From Prochlorococcus sp. MIT 0801 (GTDB lineage Bacteria; Cyanobacteriota; Cyanobacteriia; PCC-6307; Cyanobiaceae), in NCBI RefSeq assembly GCF_000757865.1, contig NZ_CP007754.1, positions 30,001 to 62,000 on the forward strand: 32,000 nucleotides of DNA. Reading direction: 5' to 3'. The position numbers and the translations under genes were made by a program. The notes below the pieces were generated by a model. The model was not told where the DNA came from. It searched no databases and was given only the letters and a program-made list of their open reading frames with translations. Positions 16,085-23,172 of the stretch are shown piece by piece (the stretch's first letter is position 1; each line of letters begins with the position of its first letter).

Positions 16085-18007
16085 TTAAATTCCTATTAAT
16101 TTCACCGCAACTTGCTTCGTCATATAGGAGATCGCCAAAACTTCATAACTTAAATTATTATTAGAGCAAAATTCATTGAGTGCTTTATATTCATCCTGCT
16201 CCCAATTTTTATTAATAATAAACTCATCAAATATTAAAATTGTATCTTTATCTATGACAGACTTTGAATAGTTCAAGGCACAAATAGTAGAAGAATATAG
16301 ATCGGCATCAAAATTGATTAGTGATGCGATAGGTCTAGGTTTGGAATAAAAAGTTGGAAGTGTTTCTTCAAATTTACCTGCTATAAATGTTCCGCCATCA
16401 ATGTTGGGAATGACTCCATCTGCTGAATAAAATCCTTGTTTCTCTTCATGCCAATCTTCTGGTAAGCCTTGAAAAGTATCAAATCCATAACCTTTTTTGA
16501 AGGTATTAATTAAGTACTGAAAGGATTCACCTCGCCAAACACCAAACTCATAGAAAGGGCGATCTGTTTTGCTTTTATTAATCATACTGTCAAATAATGC
16601 CCATCTATGAAAAAACAATTCAGGTAACTTTGGTAAAGTAGAAACCCATTTTAGGGAACGGATTGTAGGATGATCTTTATAAATTGATTGTATAAGATTA
16701 TCAAATAATGATTGATAACCTTGATGTAATTTTAGACCACTTAGAGAGAGTTTTGCTTCTAAATGATTTTCATCTATTTTCAAGCATTGATTAATCCTTT
16801 CTTCTGCTTCCTCAATAGTATTGGCTAATCCATATAAATTCCAAGCAGCTTCAGCGAAATCAGGTTTAAGTTGAATTGCTTTGCGAAATGACAATTCTGC
16901 TTCTTGTAATTTACCAAGATCACTCAATATGATGCCCAGATTGGAATGCGCCTCTGCGTAATCAGGATTAATTTCAATTGCTTTGCGATATGAGATTTCT
17001 GCTTCTTGTAATTTGCCAATATTATTTAATATGTTTCCCATATTTAGATGCGCCATTGCGAAATCAGGTTTAAGTTGAATTGCTTTGCGAAATGACGATT
17101 CTGCTTCTTGCAATTTGCCAAGATCTTTCAATATGTTTCCTAGATTGGAATGCGCCTCTGCGAAATCAGGATTAATTTCAATTGCTTTGCGATATGAGAT
17201 TTCTGCTTCTTGGAATTTGCAAAGATCTCTCGAAATGGTTCCCAGATTGTAATGCGCCTCTGCGAAATCAGGATTAATTTCAATTGCTTTGCGAAATGAC
17301 AATTCTGCTTCTTGCAATTTGCCAAGATCTCTCGAAATGGTTCCCAGATTGTAATGCGCCTCTGCGAAATCAGGATTAATTTCAATTGCTTTGCGAAATG
17401 ACAATTCTGCTTCTTGCAATTTGCCAAGATCTTTCAATATGTTTCCTAGATTGGAATGCGCCTCTGCGAAATCAGGATTAATTTCAATTGCTTTGCGATA
17501 TGAGATTTCTGCTTCTTGCAATTTGCCAAGATCTTTCAATATGACTCCCAGATTGGAATGCGCCATAGCGCAATTAGGATTAATTTCAATTGCTTTACGA
17601 GTAGATAATTCTGCTTCTTGTAATTTGCCAACATTTTTTAATATGTCTCCCAAATTTACATACGCATCTCTGTACTCAGGATTAATTTCAATTGCTTTGC
17701 GAAATGACAATTCTGCTTCTTGTAATTTGCCTAGAGTTTTTAATATGACTCCATAATTACAAAAAACTTTGTGGTGAGAGAAACCTTCATTAATGAAATA
17801 TTGATAATATTTTTCTGCTTCTGAAATGTTTCCTTGTGAATGAAACTTAAATGCTTGATTTATTATTTGTTCTTTAGAAGGTTTCGAAGGCGTGTTAGTG
17901 GAAATAGAGATATTCTCTTTAATTTCTCCTAAACTAAATGGAACTGGGAATGTTGTTATTTCAGTGACTTTTTTTTTAACCTCTTTTATTGGACCGGATT
18001 CTTCCAC
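16085..18007 (-). CDS. TPR-repeat protein with a C-terminal TylF/macrocin-O-methyltransferase-like domain
   Basis: 9 TPR units. The C-terminal FYEFGVWRGESF...GFDTFQGLPEDW...LINFDADLYSSTICALN...ILIFDEF matches the TylF-family pattern. The start codon at 18007 is GTG, at the position aligned with the ATG of the paralogs. Confidence 0.8.
   Translation of the reverse strand: MEESGPIKEVKKKVTEITTFPVPFSLGEIKENISISTNTPSKPSKEQIINQAFKFHSQGNISEAEKYYQYFINEGFSHHKVFCNYGVILKTLGKLQEAELSFRKAIEINPEYRDAYVNLGDILKNVGKLQEAELSTRKAIEINPNCAMAHSNLGVILKDLGKLQEAEISYRKAIEINPDFAEAHSNLGNILKDLGKLQEAELSFRKAIEINPDFAEAHYNLGTISRDLGKLQEAELSFRKAIEINPDFAEAHYNLGTISRDLCKFQEAEISYRKAIEINPDFAEAHSNLGNILKDLGKLQEAESSFRKAIQLKPDFAMAHLNMGNILNNIGKLQEAEISYRKAIEINPDYAEAHSNLGIILSDLGKLQEAELSFRKAIQLKPDFAEAAWNLYGLANTIEEAEERINQCLKIDENHLEAKLSLSGLKLHQGYQSLFDNLIQSIYKDHPTIRSLKWVSTLPKLPELFFHRWALFDSMINKSKTDRPFYEFGVWRGESFQYLINTFKKGYGFDTFQGLPEDWHEEKQGFYSADGVIPNIDGGTFIAGKFEETLPTFYSKPRPIASLINFDADLYSSTICALNYSKSVIDKDTILIFDEFIINKNWEQDEYKALNEFCSNNNLSYEVLAISYMTKQVAVKLIGI
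16856..17773 (-). repeat. Tandem 102-bp TPR coding repeats (9 units, several nearly identical)
   Basis: Periodicity. For example, AEAHYNLGTISRDL.K.QEAE.S.RKAIEINPDF occurs twice in succession. Confidence 0.9.
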
Positions 18008-18210
18008 TATGCCGTTTTTATCTTTTGATTACTGGACTTTACTACATACTCCAATCCTTGTTGATTCTTTCTGAAATTATTTTGGAACTGATAGAGCGAG
18101 AAGAAAATTAGGTCTCTATATTATTTCTCTATAAAAGTTTCATTGAGTGTATATCCCCTTGTAATTTGTTGGTATGACTTGGTTTTAGGGGGTCTTCTTT
18201 TGCGAAAACC

Positions 18211-18226
18211 TTTTGAGAGGGTATAG
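18211..18226 (+). repeat. Decayed att-like copy (TTTTGAGAGGGTATAG)
   Basis: 13 of 16 bases match. The surrounding ~250 bp (18121-18390) is colinear with 9361-9740, including the identical TTTAGGGCAGTCAAAC flank. Confidence 0.6.
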
Positions 18227-18294
18227 TTTAGGGCAGTCAAACGTTGTCCACTACTCAAAATATACTTCCACTTCCACTTGTCACCGTTTCTATT

Positions 18295-18325
18295 GAGAAA
18301 TCGTAGAAAGTCGTTTTTCTCTACA
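18295..18325 (+). repeat. Boundary motif GAGAAATCGTAGAAAGTCGTTTTTCTCTACA
   Basis: Direct reading. Confidence 0.8.
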
Positions 18326-18539
18326 TCTACTATTTTTAGTCAAATCTATAGGGATCTAAATTTGGAACATTAATTGACGATTTCTCTATATATTTTTCTG
18401 TATTCACTACTTAAAAAGCACAAAAAAACACCCCTTTGGATGCTCTCTTAGCACAGAACAATGTATTCTAATCAAGGATAAATTATGGCGAGGCTTCAAA
18501 AAAGACGTGATCATTTAAATAAGAGATAGTTAGGGTCCA

Positions 18540-19268
18540 ATGTCATTTGAAGTTACTTACAACGGGGATATTCAATACGTTAAGGTTTTCTACTCAACTG
18601 AAAAAACGAGAGCTGGAAAATATTATGGCGAGTTTTATAAAAAAATGGATGCAATAGCTAGTGACTTAAAACGCCTTAAACAGGAACTTGATGAAGATAG
18701 TGAAAAGGCAGCGAAGATTGCTAAAGATGCTGCTAATAAAGCACTTTCTGAAAGATTTGGCTCACTTCGATACATTATTGATGAGCATATATGGGATGAA
18801 GACATGGTTATCAGCAAGATTCTTGATGACAGAAAAGAAGAGATGTTGGCATTAGCACAGAAGACTTTTAATAATGAAGTTCTTCTTGAAGAGGATGGGG
18901 CAGAGGAATACAAAATTCACTTGGCTGAAGGAACAGTCGAAGTTGATGGTGAAAGTGTAGAGACATCGATAATGGAGTTTTTTGATTCTGACGACTACCA
19001 CGTATCGAATGAGGCAAAACTAGAAAAATTGGAACAATTGGATTGGTTTATAATCTGGTCGAGAACCGAAGCAGGAGAGTTTAAGACAGAGGGTGGACTA
19101 CACGAGGGGAATTTTTCATCAAAGGACTTAAATATGGAAAATTGTTTGCTTACTTACCGAGATTTACCTCTTGTTACTCCCTCTAATGGCACGGACATCT
19201 TCAGTAATGAACTTGAAATTCATTTTGTAGATGAAACTAGGGCAACCCTTGAGATCAGTGAAGCTTAA
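18540..19268 (+). CDS. Hypothetical acidic protein (242 aa)
   Basis: A long ORF, very unlikely by chance. It is strongly D/E-rich and I recognise no motif. Confidence 0.6.
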   Translation: MSFEVTYNGDIQYVKVFYSTEKTRAGKYYGEFYKKMDAIASDLKRLKQELDEDSEKAAKIAKDAANKALSERFGSLRYIIDEHIWDEDMVISKILDDRKEEMLALAQKTFNNEVLLEEDGAEEYKIHLAEGTVEVDGESVETSIMEFFDSDDYHVSNEAKLEKLEQLDWFIIWSRTEAGEFKTEGGLHEGNFSSKDLNMENCLLTYRDLPLVTPSNGTDIFSNELEIHFVDETRATLEISEA

Positions 19269-19572
19269 GTGGCATTTTTATGAATTTGATGGTCTACTAA
19301 TTCCCAACTATTGCAAATTAGTTCTCTTCGAGTTCTGTTGCAATATCTAAATTGATTTCTTTTGTGTCTTTAATTTTGTGGGACTTCCTTCAATAGTCTT
19401 TCAGTAAAGTTGACTGAATAAAGGTGGGAAATTAGTTGTTGATTTTGGATCAGGGTAAATAACACTCAAAAATCTCTTTGTGAATAAACTAATCAACCTG
19501 TAATCGTTGGTCATGCCTCTAGTCATAGTTCGTTCATTCATCCGTCTCTTGGATAATTCAAAAGATCCAAAA

Positions 19573-19604
19573 AGCACCTTTTTACTAGTATTGAACAAGG
19601 TGCT
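19573..19604. terminator. Hairpin AGCACC-N20-GGTGCT flanked by A- and T-runs
   Basis: Direct reading. The following CAAGAATGCTTTCGTGAGTGAC resembles a decayed copy of the ACAGAACGATTTGGTGAGGAG module. Confidence 0.4.
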
Positions 19605-19715
19605 TTTTGCTCAAGAATGCTTTCGTGAGTGACAATCTTAGTACAGATACACTCTTTCGGCGTTTAGTGTCGTCAAGTAATTTGAGGAAAAATCAGAAAG
19701 ATTTGCCTAACTTGT

Positions 19716-20540
19716 ATGCATTCCTATTTCATTTTACGGGAAGCTATGAATGAATTACGTCTAAGAATCTATAAGGAGCTAATAAATAACTCACCAGGAG
19801 GCAGAACTTCTGTATCCAATAAAATCTGTGGTGTTACTATTTTTATTTCGATTTTTTTTGCTGTTATCATTACTGAAAACTCAATCGATTATCAATTTGG
19901 AGATCAAATAGATTTTTTGGATTGGATTATTGGCGGTTTGTTTTGCGTGGAATATCTTTGTCGTTTATGGGTCGCACCACTTGAAAAAAAGTACGGACAA
20001 GGTTGGAAAGGCGTTTTGCGTTATGTAATCTCACCATTGGCAATTATTGATGTAATTGCAATCGTCCCATCTTTTTTTGGTGTTCGTGCCGAATTAAAGA
20101 TTCTTAGAATTATTCGTCTTTTAAGAATATTGAAAATTGGAAGAAGTGAAAAATTTAAGCAGAGTATTTATCACTTTAATTATGCACTTCGATCCAAGAG
20201 TCAAGAACTACAAATTTCGACTTTTTATACAGTTTTACTTTTGTTGATTAGCAGTACTTTTATGTATCTTGCTGAATCTTCTATTCAACCAGAATTGTTA
20301 GGTTCAATCCCAAGATGTCTTTGGTGGTCGATTACAACTGTCAGTGCTGTTGGATATGGAGATTCAATACCAGTTACAGCATTTGGAAAAATAATTGCAT
20401 CGATTACTTCTCTTATGGGTATTGCTGCAATTGCAATACCCACTGGAATACTTGCATCTGGATTCAGCGAATCAATTGGTGTACAAGATAAAAAGAACAA
20501 AATTTCTAATGTAGTTCAGCTTCCTACTAATACTGATTAA
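19716..20540 (+). CDS. 6TM voltage-gated-type K+ channel
   Basis: S4-like LKILRIIRLLRILKIGR. The pore region IPRCLWWSITTVSAVGYGDSIPVT aligns with KcsA YPRALWWSVETATTVGYGDLYPVT. The start may be the second ATG at 19746. Confidence 0.85.
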   Translation: MHSYFILREAMNELRLRIYKELINNSPGGRTSVSNKICGVTIFISIFFAVIITENSIDYQFGDQIDFLDWIIGGLFCVEYLCRLWVAPLEKKYGQGWKGVLRYVISPLAIIDVIAIVPSFFGVRAELKILRIIRLLRILKIGRSEKFKQSIYHFNYALRSKSQELQISTFYTVLLLLISSTFMYLAESSIQPELLGSIPRCLWWSITTVSAVGYGDSIPVTAFGKIIASITSLMGIAAIAIPTGILASGFSESIGVQDKKNKISNVVQLPTNTD

Positions 20541-20802
20541 TAATGATATTCAAATCAAAAACGGAAAATAATTTACTGAATATGAAGCTATAGATTTAAT
20601 GGTGTCATTGAGTGGAACTGACGCAAATTCAGAAAAGGAAATGGAGATGTTGCCATAGCTCTCTATCGCAGAAAGATTGAAAGGAGTATTTGGACGAATA
20701 CTGGATAAACTATGAAATAAAAAATGGGATAAAAAATAAGTGCATCACATATCTGTTATCAGTTGATTAGTGGAATAACCCTTTAAATTTGTTGATTGAA
20801 AA

Positions 20803-21042
20803 CTATTTACCGCCATTGCAGAAGCGAACTGCATTAGATGAACTCTTGCCTGTAGCTTGTACCTCTTCAACACATTCAATGAATACGTTCGATTCTTGTT
20901 TGAGAGAACAAAAACTAATGGCGATAGCCGCAAGAGCCACAGCAGAAAGAACACTAGAACCTAGTTGAATAATGCCATAAGCAAACATCGCTTTACTTTT
21001 CCCTCCACACTTCTTTTTGTCAGTTTTATTTTCTTCAGTCAT
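20803..21042 (-). CDS. Hypothetical single-pass membrane protein (79 aa)
   Basis: Lys-rich N-terminus, one clear TM segment (FAYGIIQLGSSVLSAVALAAIAISF) and a Cys-containing tail. It overlaps the alternative-frame ORF 20745..20954, which I reject. Confidence 0.45.
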   Translation of the reverse strand: MTEENKTDKKKCGGKSKAMFAYGIIQLGSSVLSAVALAAIAISFCSLKQESNVFIECVEEVQATGKSSSNAVRFCNGGK

Positions 21043-21164
21043 AAGTGATTTGGTTAATGTTTAAATTTAATTGATTTGGTGGTTTAATTATTTCATAAAA
21101 ATGTCGTGAATACCGTTCTACTTGCTTGTTTTGGATGTTGTTTTTTCTAAATTTAAATAATGTC

Positions 21165-21258
21165 ATAAAAACCGCGTCGTTATGACCAAGGCGGTTTTTA
21201 TGAGATCGGGCGCAAGTGTTTCCTTGTCTCCACTGTGGATGATCTCAACTCCTCATTA
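21165..21258 (-). ncRNA. Yfr2-family-like sRNA (second full copy)
   Basis: Minus-strand reading: a TAAATT -10-like box, then AUGAGGAGUUGAGAUCAUCCACAGUGGAGACAAGGAAACACUUGCGCCCGAUCUCAU, then the terminator AAAAACCGC-N15-GCGGUUUUU. It is colinear with 14825-14920. Confidence 0.6.
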
Positions 21259-21350
21259 AAAATTTATTTGCACATTTGATGAACAAACTCAAATATTGGC
21301 AGGTTGCTTTATTGATTGTCATATGTCAGCATTCGTAAAAGTAGTCATTA

Positions 21351-21465
21351 AAAAAGCACCCTCCTTGCAAGAAGATGGGTGCTTTTTTAAACAGAACGAT
21401 TTGGTGAGGAGTTGTCTTGTTAAATTTATTTCTACTCTAATGAAGAGTTTTTGTCACTACTAAAA
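21351..21465. ncRNA. Hairpin plus stem-loop module: loop TTGGTGAGGAGTT (plus strand) or AACTCCTCACCAA (minus strand)
   Basis: Terminator-like hairpin GCACCC-N15-GGGTGC at 21356-21382, stem AACAGAAC/GTCTTGTT at 21390-21421 and the box TTTTTGTCACTACTAAAA at 21448-21465. Its spacing to the Yfr2-like gene is the same as in the 14.8-15.1 kb copy. Confidence 0.45.
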
Positions 21466-21518
21466 TGGAAATGACTTAGATCATGAAGGTAAATTGTTTT
21501 ATACCCTTCAAGATTAAT

Positions 21519-21836
21519 TTAGTCTTCTGCGTTCTCAAACTGTTTTGCTAATCTAAAACCTTTTCTTAGAATTAAATATATTCCGTATAAACCAGCAATT
21601 AAGGGAAGAACTATTAAAGGGTTTAGACTATAATTAGAATAGTCTTTCACACCATCAACATATTCGATTCCTGAGCATTTCAAATAAAGAAAACTTGTGA
21701 AGATAATTCCCCAGCCAATGATGGAGAGAATTCCTCCTTTTTTGTCACCTTCATAAAATCTATCTAAACCCCATCCCCAACCAATCGCAAGGATCACTCC
21801 TCTTGTGATAGCATTTTTTTCTTGCTTACGTAACAT
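21519..21836 (-). CDS. TM2-domain membrane protein
   Basis: GWGWGLDRFYEGDKKGGILSIIGWGIIF fits the TM2 domain pattern (G.hG.hRFY.G...G). It has two or three hydrophobic helices. Confidence 0.6.
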   Translation of the reverse strand: MLRKQEKNAITRGVILAIGWGWGLDRFYEGDKKGGILSIIGWGIIFTSFLYLKCSGIEYVDGVKDYSNYSLNPLIVLPLIAGLYGIYLILRKGFRLAKQFENAED

Positions 21837-21850
21837 TGCTTTTATTTGAG

Positions 21851-21869
21851 TATGTTCATCATGAACATA
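21851..21869. promoter_or_regulatory. Perfect 19-bp palindrome TATGTTCAT-C-ATGAACATA, 15 bp upstream of the TM2 gene start
   Basis: Direct reading. Its geometry is operator-like. Confidence 0.4.
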
Positions 21870-22147
21870 ACTGAATAATTGTTATTTCGCATCAACTGAC
21901 TCAAGAAGATACTTGTTCTTGTGAGAATCTGAATATCGTTTGTCAAGATAATTAGTATGAAATCGTCCGATATAGCTTTCCAGTTAATTAAACAAAAGAG
22001 AGAATTAGACTGTAATTGATCAGAATAAATTTTATCTGTACTTTTTTAAGTTAGATCAATTGTAAGTATTCCTAAGTTGAGTAATCTTATTAGGGGGGTG
22101 GTCTCCTACTAAAAAAAAAGATAACTTAGTTCAATGGCCTATTACTT

Positions 22148-22759
22148 TTGATAGTTGCACATCAGACTGATTCGCATTTAAGCCGACGGCTTCAGAAGGA
22201 TAGTATTACTATCTCAGGAAAGGTTATTTACATTAATCCCTTTCTGTATTGGCGACGCTTCGATAACAATACTGATAGATGGTTGAGAGAGCCTGGTCAG
22301 TTAGGGGAGGAGCAGATCAATCTCAATAGAGCTCGTTTTTATCCTGAACTTGATTGGACTTTTCTTAGAGACGAAGAGCGGGTTATTAAAGACGCGGCAG
22401 TTGAAATGTTTTTAAAAACGCTTGAATTAATAAGTACTTTTCACCCTCATCTCACTGCAGGACAATTATTAGAGGTAGAGAGAAAAATGGCAGTAACTAA
22501 AAAAAAGTCGTTTGAACGTTGGGTAGAAAAATCTTTTAGAAAAAAAATTAATCAAGCTTCAAAAGAGCGCAATAGGTTTGCTAGAGAACGTTTGATAAGA
22601 GGTTGGAAAGAGTGGTTGACTCTTGAAACTACCCATCAAGCTTTTTTGCCATTTGCAGCAATAATTGTGATGTCAATCTTTGCTGGTTGGTCCATAGGTA
22701 TTTCAAATAATAGTTGTACTCCATACTTTTCAACCTCAGAAACAGGTATTCTTAAGTAG
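22148..22759 (+). CDS. Hypothetical protein with a basic central region and a C-terminal TM anchor
   Basis: 203-aa ORF. The codon at 22148 is TTG, so the start is uncertain. It lies 16 nt upstream of the next gene on the same strand. Confidence 0.5.
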   Translation: MIVAHQTDSHLSRRLQKDSITISGKVIYINPFLYWRRFDNNTDRWLREPGQLGEEQINLNRARFYPELDWTFLRDEERVIKDAAVEMFLKTLELISTFHPHLTAGQLLEVERKMAVTKKKSFERWVEKSFRKKINQASKERNRFARERLIRGWKEWLTLETTHQAFLPFAAIIVMSIFAGWSIGISNNSCTPYFSTSETGILK

Positions 22760-22775
22760 CATTCAACGAGCCATT

Positions 22776-23150
22776 ATGGCTAAAGATCAATTAAAGGATT
22801 TCCATTTATTTGCAATGGAGTCTGCTTTGCCATTTGGTATGGGCATTATTAAAAATGCTAAAACTGGTGGATTAAAAAAAATAATGAATGTAATTAAATC
22901 AAAAGATCCATTTTCAGAATTCCAGGTTGATGGCGAAACCTCGGCAAAGAAAGTGAGGGATAAGATTGATCAATTGATTCCTGGCTTGGGTTATCCAGTT
23001 GTTTCAGTTGATGTAACTGTTGAAGAGAATTATCCTGATCATGACATCAATGATCAAGATTCTTTAGTATCAACTTTAAATAGAATTGATAATGACTTAG
23101 ATTATTTGAGACGTATGATTAGTAATGACTCATTGAGTATAGATGATTAA
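22776..23150 (+). CDS. Hypothetical acidic protein (124 aa)
   Basis: ORF tightly packed between 22759 and the PBP gene (22-nt gap), so probably in the same operon. Confidence 0.55.
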   Translation: MAKDQLKDFHLFAMESALPFGMGIIKNAKTGGLKKIMNVIKSKDPFSEFQVDGETSAKKVRDKIDQLIPGLGYPVVSVDVTVEENYPDHDINDQDSLVSTLNRIDNDLDYLRRMISNDSLSIDD

Positions 23151-23172
23151 TAAATATTCTTAATTTTTAGAC

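Larger units (their letters stand above)
6970..18226. mobile_element. Array of integrated, integrase-less island segments bounded by direct copies of the guaA 3' end. The accessory region may extend to about 20.6-22.1 kb.
   Basis: Five same-orientation copies of the guaA terminal 17-mer, each with associated arm-like repeats (see the repeat features). No recombinase ORF lies between 6987 and 22147. Confidence 0.55.

Noticed and set aside
19401-19598. 65-aa minus-strand ORF between the acidic protein and the K+ channel
   Set aside because: It has no RBS or motif and overlaps a terminator-like hairpin. Its length is at chance level.
20745-20954. 69-aa minus-strand ORF overlapping 20803..21042
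   Set aside because: It is an alternative frame of the same DNA. The 20803..21042 frame gives a cleaner charged N-terminus, TM segment and tail architecture.
6987-22147. A tRNA or tmRNA gene as the island integration target
   Set aside because: I scanned the GC-richer patches and the junctions. I found no cloverleaf-compatible sequence or CCA-adjacent acceptor stem. The repeated junction sequence is demonstrably the guaA coding 3' end.
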